This document shows positions 52,272-63,839 of a DNA stretch of 64,000 nt, in pieces. The stretch is from positions 96,001 through 160,000 of IMG/VR virus record IMGVR_UViG_3300025121_000776; one strand, written 5' to 3'. Numbering within the stretch: the first letter of the stretch is position 1; every line of letters begins with the position of its first letter. Made by a program: the position numbers and the translations under genes. This stretch comes from a virus. The notes beneath the pieces are model-generated. The model was not told the origin of the DNA. It saw only the letters and a program-made list of their open reading frames with translations, and ran no database searches.

Positions 52272-55200
52272 ATGAGTACAGAATGGAAATTTGTAATAAT
52301 ATTAGGGTTCATAATAACCATTTTGTGTATAGTTTTCGGAGGTTTTCAAGGTATTATTGACGCTGTAAAAGATATAATTGCTTTTGTAATGTTTTGGGGG
52401 TTTATTGCTCTTATTATTGCAGGTCTTTACTTTTTACTAAAAAGATTTGAAAAAAACAAAAAAGAATAATTAATGTATAATTGCTATAACGAAGCTGTTA
52501 TTTATCTTAGAGATAAATTAGGCACAAAAGAAGTTCATCATGGTTTTGTTACAAAAGAAGTAAAACAACATAGAATTGATAAAACTTATAAAGATGAAAA
52601 GATTAAGCCAAATTCAGATGAAGCCATAATTGACTGTTTATTAAAACAATATTATTTTGGGATTGACGCAAAGAAAGAATTGTTTTATAAATTACAAAGC
52701 TTGGGTGTAAAAACTTTAATAAATTAAAAATAACATTATGGAAATGTATAACTTAGAACGTGAAAGGTTTGAAACTCCCGAAGAAAGAAAAATAAGACTT
52801 GGACTTGTAAAGCACAAACAAACTTGTGAAAAAAACCGAAGAAAAAGAAAAGCAAAGAGAAAAAAATAATTCCCCCTTTTTTTCTCAAATTTCTTTATAT
52901 GTTTATATAACCAATAAAAACAAAAAAAATGGAACACAAAATAAAAAAACCAAAAGGAACTTTTTATTCTGATTATGTAATTGAAAACGGAAAGTGTTAT
53001 GCAATTTTTGAAACTGTTGATAACAGGGTGCATAAAACACTTGTTTGCAATACTAAAAAGAAAAATTCAGATTGGAGGACTTTTAAAATAAAAGAAACAA
53101 AAAAATTGTTAAAAATAAATCTTTTTGACAGAGAAAAACTTAAGTTAGAATCAAATCAGTATATTCCTTATGAAGGAAAACGGTTGCCAAGTGGAATGCC
53201 AGCGTGTGCAACATATTACTACTTTGTAAATTCAGAGGGTAAAACAGTTGATAAAGTAACTTTAAAACCTTACAAAGGCAAACAAATGAACCGTTATGCT
53301 ATGAAGTCGAAAACAGAAGCAAAAGCATATTTAGAAGTTATAAACAAGGGGGTTTAACTCTCCCCCTTTTTTATTTTTGTTTCTTTATATAATTGTAACC
53401 AAAAAATAAAATTATGGCAAATACAAAAAAATGGGATAAACATTTACAACCTATCATTGATGATTTTAATGAGGGTGGCAATGAAGCTTTAGATGGCGAT
53501 GATGTTGATTTCTTGGTTAAAATCATTAAACTTAAACTTAATTTTATGCAAGGCAATTTAACACAAAAGGAATACGACACAAAACTTGCTCGTTTAAAAT
53601 GGAAATACAGTTAAATAAGGGGGTTTCCCCTTTTTTAAAACTTTTTCTTTATATGTTTATAACCAATAAAAACAAATGTCTTATGAATTTCAATAACAAA
53701 CATTTTAAAACTCGCACTCTTAAAGTAGAAGTTGGGGACAATACAAGAACTTACACAATTGCAGACGAAAGTTTGTTGCAAGAAATTAATAGTGTAACCA
53801 CTTCAGAAGCTCAATTAAAAGGAACAAATATTGATGAACAAATTTATTTTTATGTTGATAAAGGACAATTAGAGCTTCCAGCAAAAGAAATTTGCGAAAA
53901 GCATTTAGACGTTCCAATGAAATTTGTTGAAGAAATATTTTAAACTATTATAAAAACCATGAAAAAATTCAGTATAAGACTAAAAGAAATGTATGCAGAA
54001 GCAGAGGCAAGACTTTCTACTCTTATTGATGAAAATGGAACTGAAAGTAAACATTCCAGCAATAAAAGTCTTAAAATCAAAAAAGATGATTTAAAATATA
54101 ATTTATCGGGAGGTCGTTATTTAACTGAAATTAAAAAAGTAAGTAAATTCACTGACGAAATTGAATTAGTTGATAATGGCGGATATACTTATAATTGTTC
54201 AGTGATGGATTCTGACAATTTCTTCGAGGTAGTTGATTATTTATTTGAAACTTATTAACTCACCCCTTTTTTTTTAAAAGTTCTTTATATAACCAGGTAT
54301 TGGAGACAAAATCAGAACCAAACGGAGTTTTCCTGGTAAAGTTTAATTATAGACTGGATGTAAAAAAAGGTATAATAAAAATATTTAAAGATTCGGTTTT
54401 TTCATGGTTTATATTGGTTAATAAAGGGGAGCTGGTTACTCCCCTTCTTCTTTCTCCCCCTTTTCTCCCCAGATTTCTTTATATGTTTATAAACAAAAAA
54501 TCATGCAACCATTACAAACAAGTCAAGAAATTGTAAGCACTTTTAGTCAATTGTCAAAAAGAGAAACCAAAGATGCTTTTATATTTCATTTAATTGGTAG
54601 TCCTGTAACATTCAGATATGTTAAAAAAGATTTTACTTTACAAACTATTACTTTTGGGCAAATAGTATGTAAACAAACTGTTTGCAAACCTTTAAGCTTT
54701 CAAGACTTTTTGCTTGTGGCACATGAAACATTTAATATAGTTATAAAAAGAAATTTTGGCGATAACTAACAATGAGCAAAATAAAAGATAAATATAATAA
54801 AAACAAAAACGCAAAGGTCGGGGAAACTTGCACCTGCCCAAGTTGCAACACTTCTTTTGTAAAAGAAAGTTATCAGCAAGTTTTCTGTAAAAGCAAAGGG
54901 GGTACAATTTGCAAAGATAAATACTGGAATACCGTAACACCAAGTAAAAGAAATAATACAACAAGAATAAGCCCAGCCAATAAAGCTTTTAAAGAAAGTG
55001 ATAGGGGTAAAGAGATTATAAACCAAAAATTGTGGGGTATGAGTGCCCCAAATATAGTTGGTGGTTCGGGGGTAATTTCGGGTATAACAAGTGAAGGCTA
55101 TAGAATAATGGACGGCACAGCTTACGATGAATTTGATGACGCAATTTATGATGTTTAATTCTCCCCCTTTTTTTTATTCAGTTTCTTTATACAATAAAAA

Positions 55201-55943
55201 AACAAAACAACATGAAAAAGTTTTTTAAAAATTTACTTGCCAATTTACTTGATTGGCAGTTTATCCCCAAAGTAGGGGACAAAGTAAAAGTTGCGGTTGG
55301 ATTTTGCTCTTATGAAAATGAAGGGATTGTATCAAGTGTGTATAAAGATAAACAAGGGGGCTATTGTTGGATTGACCAATTTAGCCCTAAAGGGAAATAT
55401 ATAAGAAGTTTTACTGCTTCATTTAGCTATTGTGTGTTTAAGTTTCTTTAATTCCCCCTTTTTTCTCAAACTTTCTTTATATATTCATAATCAAAAAAAC
55501 AATTTAATATGATAATAACAATTGATACACATTATTGTTCAAGAGAAGAACTACAAGAACTGAAAGATTACTTAAGTAATAACTCTTGGGACTTCAAAAC
55601 AAATGAAGTAAAAGAAGAAAAAGAAGTACTTCATGTATTGGGCGAAAATTCAATTAATGGAATTAAAATAAAAGAAAGAATTTTTCAAGAAGAATTATTT
55701 GAGTACAAAATAATTGACAGAAAAGAGTTTATTGATGAATTGATTCGTTGGATTGGAGAAGCAAAAAGTACTGATAAAGTTCTAATGAAGCAAGATTTGG
55801 AATTGCTTATGAATACAACTGATGACTTTATGTTTAGCTCTATTTCAACTAATGAGTATGTAGGAAAAGAAGATTCCAATTTTGATGAATTATGTGAGGA
55901 ATTATTAAAGTTAAATAAAGAGACAAAAAAGGGGAAAAAATAA
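52272..55943 (+). CDS. Cassette ORFs 52272-52469 (2 TM), 52473-52727, 52738-52869 (basic), 52929-53357, 53414-53614, 53683-53943, 53959-54258, 54503-54769, 54772-55158 (Cys-rich), 55212-55451, 55509-55943
   Basis: Co-oriented ORFs following promoter elements. Confidence 0.68.
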
Positions 55944-56021
55944 TTCCCCCCCTTTTTCTCAGCTTTTTCTTTATATGTTTATAACCAGAATAAGTTTTTT
56001 TCGTATAAAAAAATAAATGCT

Positions 56022-56930
56022 ATGACAAAAAAAAATCCTTTAGATGATTTTTATAAACTCAATTCATTAATTTCTCCAAACGGAATAAATGGATTTATGG
56101 GCGGTTTATTTGCTCATATGGAAAAAAGCGAAAGACGGCAAAGAAATGCTTTTGCAGGTATTACGTCCAATGAAGAAGGACTTTTTGGGGTTGAAGGTAA
56201 AATTCCTTTTGAATATGTTAATATTGAATTTAAAAACAAAATATACGAATGCCTTTTAAATTGCAATAAAACTCACGAATTTGATGTTTATGACAAGGAT
56301 TGTAATTTACTTTTCCAAGCTGATAAATTTGATAACTTAAAAGAGGGAATGTTCGCTGTAAGAATTGGCGAAAGAAAAAATAATGATTATGATTATGCTA
56401 TTTACAACGGCTCAAAAAGAGTTTCTGACTTTAATTTTAGAGTTGGGGGTTTAAGCTCTGGATTTGAAGGGCAATTTTGCGAAATATTATACAGACATCC
56501 AACACAAGAAAAATATTTATCTACACACGTTGTAATAAACAAAGAGGGCGAAATTATACTTAAAGCTGAGGGAAGTTATTCAGATTATATTTCTATTCAC
56601 AAAAACATTGCTTTTAATGGCAAAAAGGTTTTTAACCTTTTGACAAGAGAATTAATTTGTGAACAAACATACAGTTCAGATTCAACCATTAAAATAAAAG
56701 ATGAAGTTTTTGTAAAAGTAGGCGATAACGCTGTTTACAAAATAAATAAATATTCTGGCGAATTTGAAATTTTCGGTACTCTCCCCGAACCTAAGAAAGA
56801 AGTTGTTTATACTCCACCAGTTCCAAAAGAAAAAGTGGTTGTTCTCCCCAAACAACAAAGAAATGAAATTTGTCGTTGTGGGAGCAATAAGAAAGTTAAA
56901 CATTGTAATTGCAAAAATAATGGAGGATAA
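56022..56930 (+). CDS. Protein with C-terminal SEC-C metal-binding motif
   Basis: RNEICRCGSNKKVKHC, compare SecA RNDPCPCGSGKKYKxC. Confidence 0.7.
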   Translation: MTKKNPLDDFYKLNSLISPNGINGFMGGLFAHMEKSERRQRNAFAGITSNEEGLFGVEGKIPFEYVNIEFKNKIYECLLNCNKTHEFDVYDKDCNLLFQADKFDNLKEGMFAVRIGERKNNDYDYAIYNGSKRVSDFNFRVGGLSSGFEGQFCEILYRHPTQEKYLSTHVVINKEGEIILKAEGSYSDYISIHKNIAFNGKKVFNLLTRELICEQTYSSDSTIKIKDEVFVKVGDNAVYKINKYSGEFEIFGTLPEPKKEVVYTPPVPKEKVVVLPKQQRNEICRCGSNKKVKHCNCKNNGG

Positions 56931-57863
56931 CAATATACAAAACAACGAAGTCTCCCCCGAAAAGAAAAAAGGAATGACCATTGGGATTATTGGAGATGGT
57001 GGACTTATTGGAGCTAAGCACGCTTTAGCTATGGCTCAAAAAGATATTGGCACTCTTGTTAAAACTGAAATTCCCGAAATAGTATCTAAACTTGCTTTAA
57101 AAATGGCAGACAAAGGTGTCATTATCATTGTTGGAGCAACCGATACTGAACCTTCTTATAAAATTGAAAATGGCGTTGCAAGTGTTTTTGATGGCAAAGT
57201 TGTTACAGATTCAGAGGGCAAAAGAATTGTTTTAGATGATTCCAAATATGATAAACAATTGCCTTTAAGTCTTTTTGAAAGAGACTCTCCCTCATTAGTT
57301 TCAAAAGCTGAGCTTTTAAATGAAATGATTCCCTCGATGGAAATGTTTGATGGCACACCAAATAAATTAAGTTTAATAAGAAATCTTAAGCTCTCCCCCG
57401 AACAAATAGATTACTTTATGTTTGCACCACCTCAAAGGTTGGAGGGGGAAAAACATGATGATTATAAAAGACGACAAATGTTAAATAAATTATTAATTAA
57501 ATATAGGGGTTTATATTAATTCCCCCCTTTTTAAAAAAGTTTCTTTATATAAACATGAAAGAATTTTTAAGAAAATGGATTGAAGCTCAACTTGTAACTT
57601 TTAAAGGATGTGAACATCTTTTTTTAAAAACTATAGAGAAAGCTAATTACGGAAAATTTGCAAGTAAAGACTTTACGATAAAAACACGAATTACTTTGCA
57701 AAACAAAGACCATGATTTAATTAGGTTTATTGTTCCGTGTTTTTATACACTTACTGAAATTAAAAATGCTTTAAAAAATGGATACGAACTGTATTGGGAT
57801 TTTAAAGGCAGAAATTCAGTAAGCAATTCTGAAATAACATTAAAGAAAATAAAAACTAAGTAA
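56920..57863 (+). CDS. Hypothetical ORFs 56920-57519 and 57555-57863
   Basis: Start of the first moved to ATG 56920 (MEDNN). Confidence 0.65.
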
Positions 57864-57906
57864 TTCCCCCTTTTTAAATATAATTTCTTTATATAAACAA
57901 AAAGCC

Positions 57907-58191
57907 ATGAAAGCAATAGTAAAAGTCAAAAAAGGAAGTGTATATAGCAATTTCAATGGATTAACTTTTGAAGTTGAAGAAATTAATTCCACTTTTGTTC
58001 GTTTAGATATTAATGGAATTTCTACTGATTTTTTATATACCGAAGTAATTATGTAGATTATTCAAAAAGAATATCAAAAAGCTTTTGATAATTATAATTT
58101 CAATGGAGATAGTACTGTTATTAGACTACAAACTTATGCTACAAAAAACACTATTTTTTTAGACAAACCTGAATATAATTGTCCTGCATAA
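57907..58191 (+). pseudogene. Cassette ORF interrupted by an in-frame TAG (58054-58056)
   Basis: 49 sense codons, TAG, then 44 more sense codons in the same frame to TAA, filling the cassette exactly. Confidence 0.65.
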
Positions 58192-58244
58192 TTCCCCCTT
58201 TTTCTCATAAATTTCTTTATATCAATGAATCAAAAATTACAATT

Positions 58245-60951
58245 ATGCAAATTATAACAAGAGATGAAGACGGAGTAATTATTATGACATGTTCAACTGA
58301 AATGGCAAAAGTCCTTTTTTTATCCAGAGTAAGAAAATCAGTAACCCAATTCGTTAATAACAACAAAGAGGTTAAAGCAGTTTTTTCAAAAACTTTTACC
58401 TTTAACGACTTAGCAACTTTTTCAAAAGATTCCCGCTTGATAAATATTTTAGCAATGAATTATATTTTTGGATTTACAGCTGTAAGTGTAAAAGAAAACA
58501 TAGGTGGATTTGATAGCCAAACAAATTTGCTTAATAGCTGATTTCCCCTTTTCTCAAAAAGTTTCTTTATATTAATATAACCAAAAACAAAGGCAATGTC
58601 AAAAGTATTCCCAAATTCGATAATTAAATATGATGAATTACCCACAATAAACGGGGAATTAATTGAATCTATTTTCGCTTATAAATGGAAAGAAAACTAT
58701 TATAAAGCAGGAGATTGTCCAACAGGAGAAAAACCAGACTTTTTTCTTTGTCAATCATATTTTAGATGTCACACCCCCCATTATAGCAGAAGAGTAAGAA
58801 CATTACCCGAAGTTTTTCAAAAACTTCTGTTAAACGCAGATGGAACTTATAAAGGTCGTTATTTATCATATAGGACAAGATGTTCGGGAAATGGGGGATT
58901 TGTTGATGAATCTATATCTTTAAATGGCGATGGTAAACATGTCGCTTATTACAGAGGAAGTAATGATGAAATGGGAATACTGGAAAAATCAGAAATAGCA
59001 CAATTAATGATTTTTACTCTTAACAAAAAGTACAAATGCGAAGAAGTCGGAGATTATGAATTTACTCCAAATCCCTGTACGCATTTAAGAAATGAAGGTG
59101 GTTTGTTTTATCCTGATGTAGCTTGTAGTGGGTGGCGTTGGATGCATGGAATGCCCTATGTTTCCAATAATTATCCAAAAAGAGAAAACATAAGAGTTTT
59201 TAATGAATACTTAAATGCTCACATGTACTTGCAAAAAGTTAATTCTGTTGAAGTGGGGGACGAAGATTTATTAACTGTTGACTTCCCTTTTCAAGACGAT
59301 AAAAGAGGAGATTTATTTTGTAATCCATCACGTTGGAATGATACAAGAAATAACGAATTAATTCGTTATAAAATATTACACAAAAAACGTGAAAAAAATG
59401 TTTTTGAAGTTGGTGCTTGCTATAATGGTGAAGTGCAATTTAAAAAAGAAATGTATGGAGATTCATTTTATAAAATAGTAAGCATTATTTTCATAGACTA
59501 AACTCTCCCCCTTTTTTCTTTCAGTTTCTTTATATGTTTATAAATCAATAAAATTTTTCAATTATGGGCGGATTCACTCAAATAAAGCTAAAAGATGTTT
59601 CTATTCAGAACATCGAAAAACAAAATGCAATTTTGGATATTCACAAAGTACCAAAAAAATATCGTTTTAAATCTTTAGAAACAGTACAAATAATCGAGTA
59701 TGAATATTTTAAAAGAGGGCTTGGTACTTTTCATGAAAGTCAATTCCCCAAAGACAAAATAAAATCTTTAGCAGATTTTAAAAAGTATTGGAATCCAAAA
59801 GCAATAGGAGAAATATTTTGTGCTTATTCTGGAACATTGCAATTTGATTGTTATTTTGGCAGAACTTCAAAAAGTGCTATGCGAAAAATTGGCAAATACC
59901 TTGCTGAAAATATTAATGAAATAAGAGAAGTTGACGGTTCATTTTCAACCTTTTTAGAAAGAGGAACAACAAAAGCAGAAGTAAAAATAATTACAGAAAG
60001 CGGTTTGAAAATTTAACAAGGGGGATTTTCCCCCTTTTTTATTTCCTTTTCTTTATATCAATATAACCAAAAACTTATAATATGAGCTATACTCTCTTTT
60101 ATGACAAACAATTCATCAAAGTAAAAAAAGATGAAAAAACAGTATTTGTACCAATGATTTATGGCGGTTCAAACAATTGCTATGAAGTTGGTAAAGGTGG
60201 CAGAAGTGGCAGACGTGAAAGAGATTGGTTTGTTTTAAAGTTTATTCTTAATGGTAAAATTGCAGGTACACTCGAAGAAATGTTAGAAAAAGCAGAGGCT
60301 GAAAAAGTAGAACTAATTGAAAGAAATAAAGATGATGACAACAAATATTCAGATGACCGCTTTGGTTGGTTTTCTTCTCTTTCTTTGGGTGGTGGGTGCA
60401 AAGTCACTTTTGGACAATATAAAGGTGTTTTTATAACAGGGTGCAAAAAAGCTCTTACAGTAGAAGAATTAAAAGAGTTTGGCGTAGGTGTTTATATTTC
60501 AACATATCTTTACGAAGATAGCAAAAAAGAAGCTCTTAAGCAAGCAGGAAAAGAAATGAAATATGTTGAAATTAACTCTTCAGATGAACTTTTAACAAAA
60601 TTTGAAGAAACAGAAAAATACTATGAGGGCACAGGGGTTTCTGTTTACTTAAAAATTGATGCCTTTGAACATCAAATGAAAAGAATACGTAAAGCAAAAT
60701 TCCCCACAACAAAAAAAGTAAAACAACTTGTTGAAGTTGATAAATACTTTGTAATTAGAGTTGAACATTGTGGATATTTTCATAGTGCAATGAGAAATGG
60801 TTTTAGACACACTCCCTATTCAGATTCGGCAAAAGGTTTTATTACAGAAAAAGAAGCTGAGAAGTATTTAAAGAAATTTAAACAAAGAAATTCAAGAATA
60901 GCAAGTATTGAACTTGTGAATGAAAAAAATCGAATATTAACTTTGGTTTAA
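58245..60951 (+). CDS. Cassette ORFs 58245-58541, 58596-59501, 59564-60016, 60082-60951 (hypothetical)
   Basis: One ORF per promoter element. Confidence 0.7.
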
Positions 60952-61018
60952 AGGGGACAACTCTCCCCCTTTTTTAATTCCTTTTCTTTATAGTTACATA
61001 ACCAAAAAAACAAATAAA

Positions 61019-61786
61019 ATGAATTTACTAAAATTAGGCACAGGAAACGCAAAGTTAAAAAATGATATTGCTATAGTGGACCTCCCAGCTGGTTTTACGT
61101 GTCCTTATTCTAAAGACTGCGGGGATAAGGTGGACCCAGTGACTGGCAAATTAATTAAAAATCCAAAAGCAAAATTTCGTTGTTTCGCTGCAACCAGTGA
61201 GCTAATTTCCGCAGCTGCAAGACGTAAAAGGTGGCACAATTTTAATCTAATTAAAGAATGCAAAAGCTCAAAAGAAATTGCAGATTTAATTATAAATTCA
61301 CTTAATGCAAACAAATTCACAAAAGCAGCTCCAAAGGTTCGCATTCATTCAAGCGGTGACTTTTTTAATCAGAAATATTTTAATGCTTGGTTGCTTGTTG
61401 CAAATGCAATGCCCGAAAAAACGTTTTATGCTTATACAAAGAGTTTAAAATTTTGGGTTGCACAATTGAATAATATACCCGCAAACTTTCATCTTATCGC
61501 TTCTAAAGGGGGTAAAAATGATAGTTTAATCGAAAAACACAATCTTAAAAACGTAGAAATAGTTTTTTCACTTAATGAAGCAATTGAAAAGGGCTTAGAA
61601 ATTGACCACGATGATAGTCATTGCTATAATAAAGATGTAAAAAAGTTTGCCCTACTTTTACATGGGACCCAGCCAAAAAACAGCTTAGCCTCCGTAGCCA
61701 TTCAAAAATTAAGAAAAGAAGGAATTATGGGATACCAGAGGGGCGTTGTCGGTGCTGGTAGAATTGAAAAAACAAAAGCAGCATAA
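61019..61786 (+). CDS. GP88-family protein (radical-SAM-like Cys motif)
   Basis: GNAKL...LPAGFTCPYSKDC...CFA, VRIHSSGDFF, FYAYTKS. Confidence 0.75.
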   Translation: MNLLKLGTGNAKLKNDIAIVDLPAGFTCPYSKDCGDKVDPVTGKLIKNPKAKFRCFAATSELISAAARRKRWHNFNLIKECKSSKEIADLIINSLNANKFTKAAPKVRIHSSGDFFNQKYFNAWLLVANAMPEKTFYAYTKSLKFWVAQLNNIPANFHLIASKGGKNDSLIEKHNLKNVEIVFSLNEAIEKGLEIDHDDSHCYNKDVKKFALLLHGTQPKNSLASVAIQKLRKEGIMGYQRGVVGAGRIEKTKAA

Positions 61787-61860
61787 AAATGAGTTGGGGG
61801 GATGAGGAAACTCTCCCCCTTTTTAAATAAAGTTTCTTTATATAAACAAACAATAAAATT

Positions 61861-63417
61861 ATGAATAATAGACTTAAAATCGGTGACGTTGTAAATTGGA
61901 AAGGCTCTTGGGGTACTGAACCCGAAGCAAAGGCTAAAGTTGAAAACATTGAAATCTGTGCTCAAAACAGCAAAGATGGAAAAGAAGTAAAATCAGTTGC
62001 ATGGGATACAATTACCAACGATAAAAGACGAGTAATTGTCACTCTTGATAATGGTCATTGGGCTTATGGAAATCAAATTTCTCCTATTAAATAAAAACAA
62101 TTATGAAAAAATCATTCAGAAAATTCAAAGAAGGAACAGAAGTGAAAACTACAGTTTTTATGTCAACCGAAGATATTGGAGGAGATGAAAATATTGAAGT
62201 TAGTACAACTGGAATTGTATTTGCTGAACCAAGTGACAGCGAAGAATTGGTTGGAGTAAATATTAACGGCTCACTTAATTATCTTCCCCAATTTGTTTTA
62301 GAGGTTTCCTCAGAAGAAAAATAAACAGAAAGAGAAACTCTCCCCCTTTTTTATAAAAGTTTCTTTATATAATTATAAAACTTCTTAAACAAAAATTCGT
62401 ATAACATAGTATTAATCTTTAAATTTAAAAACTTATGAAAAAATTAATTCTTTATATTTGTTTAATGATGATTTCGTTAAATATACTTTCACAAACTGAT
62501 TCAATAATTTTTGCATCTATAACAGGAAATTATTCAATTAAGTGTAAGATAATTAGAGTGGGAAGTGATAGAATATATTATAAATATTATAATAATTCTG
62601 ATACTTTAAAATATGGTATTGTAAAAAGTGGAACGGCATTTTTAAACACTATAACTGAATATAAAAGTGATAATATTTGGCATATAGGAGCATTTATTGA
62701 AAAAGAACAAAATACAATAATTGTAAACAATATTTTATCAGATAATGCAAAATATAATATTAAAACCGATACACTTCAAAGTATAATGCTAATAACATCT
62801 AAACTTGAAAATAAGTTGCAATGTATTCAATATAATCTTTTAAAATGCAATCAAACATATACCACAGGTGTTGAATGTATAATAGTTGGAATATTATTTA
62901 ACGTAATTGGAGGCATAGCTATGGTTTATGATGAATTGACGCCAGCTTATACATTAATGGGGACGGGTGGTATTTTAACAGTTATTGGGGGAATTACAAT
63001 AATAAGTAGTCACAAATATATTGGAGAAGCAGGAAGTTGTAAGTAAATGGTAATCTATCCCCCAGTCAAAACTAAGAGGACTGCAGAATGAAGTTATTAT
63101 TCAAATAGCTTGTTTTTTAGAGGGTAGTTGGGAAGGATAACTCTCCCCCTTTTCTTCTTAAGTTTCTTTATATAATCAAATAATAAATAATCAATATCAT
63201 GAAAAAATTAACATTCCAATTACAAGACTTAGACGGCGAAAGTATGGGATTACTTCAAACCGAAATGAGTTCCAGCATTATTCAAAAAGAGTGGACAGCC
63301 TACATTAATTCCGAAACCGATGATATGGGAATTGAAGAATTTATTACTCAAATGAAAGCTAAATATCCTAAGTTCATATTTAAACGTTTTTTTATTGACA
63401 AAGAGATTAGTGCATAA
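61861..63417 (+). CDS. Cassette ORFs 61861-62094, 62103-62324, 62435-63046 (signal peptide + C-terminal TM helices), 63199-63417
   Basis: Co-oriented ORFs following promoter elements. Confidence 0.65.
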
Positions 63418-63511
63418 ACAAACTTCTCCCCCAACTTCTCCCCAGCCAAAACTGTATTAAAATATATAGATTTGGCGGGGTTTGTTTGTTGTAACTATCT
63501 AAATATCAATG

Positions 63512-63586
63512 TACTACGGAGGGGATTCGAACCCCCACTAACTTCGGTGAAAGCGAAGTGGCTTATTCCAATTTGCCAACCGTAGT
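63512..63586 (-). tRNA. trnE: tRNA-Glu (TTC), no encoded CCA
   Basis: Reverse complement folds: ACTACGG/CCGTAGT acceptor, CTTCG-CTTTCAC-CGAAG anticodon arm, GGGGG-TTCGAAT-CCCCT T-arm. Confidence 0.9.
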
Positions 63587-63600
63587 ATGTAAAATGCAAA

Positions 63601-63627
63601 AAGGTGAGATACTTTTGTATCCCACCT
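63601..63627. terminator. Hairpin between the tRNAs
   Basis: AGGTGAGATAC-tttt-GTATCCCACCT. Confidence 0.55.
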
Positions 63628-63764
63628 CTTGGTTTAGCTCCGAATTAATTTTTACATAATCTTAGCAGGGACACAATTTCTCATGAACTCCTCGCTTTCC
63701 TCGATGTTAAAATTAACTCTCATTTCTTTTTATCTTTTTTTTGTAGTCGTAACTACTTGATTTG

Positions 63765-63839
63765 TAGCGGGGGTGAGACTCGAACTCACGTTGTTCGGAT
63801 TATGAGACCGAGCTGGAACCACCTCCAGACGACCCCGCA
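63765..63839 (-). tRNA. trnM: tRNA-Met (CAT), initiator-like, no encoded CCA
   Basis: TGCGGGG/CCCCGCT acceptor with 1:72 mismatch, TCGGT-CTCATAA-TCCGA anticodon arm, GTGAG-TTCGAGT-CTCAC T-arm. Confidence 0.85.

Larger units (their letters stand above)
43703..63175 (+). promoter_or_regulatory. About 40 copies of a bipartite element CCCC(TTTT)-N14-TTCTTTATA(T)...AACCAATAAAA in front of nearly every gene (putative early promoter, often fused to a terminator hairpin)
   Basis: C-run starts near 43744, 44493, 44664, 45064, 45359, 45747, 46134, 46499, 46747, 46989, 47273, 47666, 48035, 48314, 48678, 48954, 49611, 50007, 50396, 50744, 51138, 51822, 52216, 52872, 53362, 53628, 54263, 54456, 55164, 55454, 55946, 57522, 57866, 58194, 58545, 59507, 60030, 60965, 61815, 62342, 63145. 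Spacer was 14 nt in most copies counted, 15-16 in a few. Confidence 0.85.

Noticed and set aside
46710-58244. Track N-termini containing PFxxxFLYMFIT-like peptides as a conserved protein motif
   Set aside because: These are translations of the promoter element itself; true starts lie downstream
43703-63175. CRISPR array interpretation of the repeated element
   Set aside because: Repeats are degenerate, spaced 200-1000 nt apart by whole ORFs, and no cas genes are present
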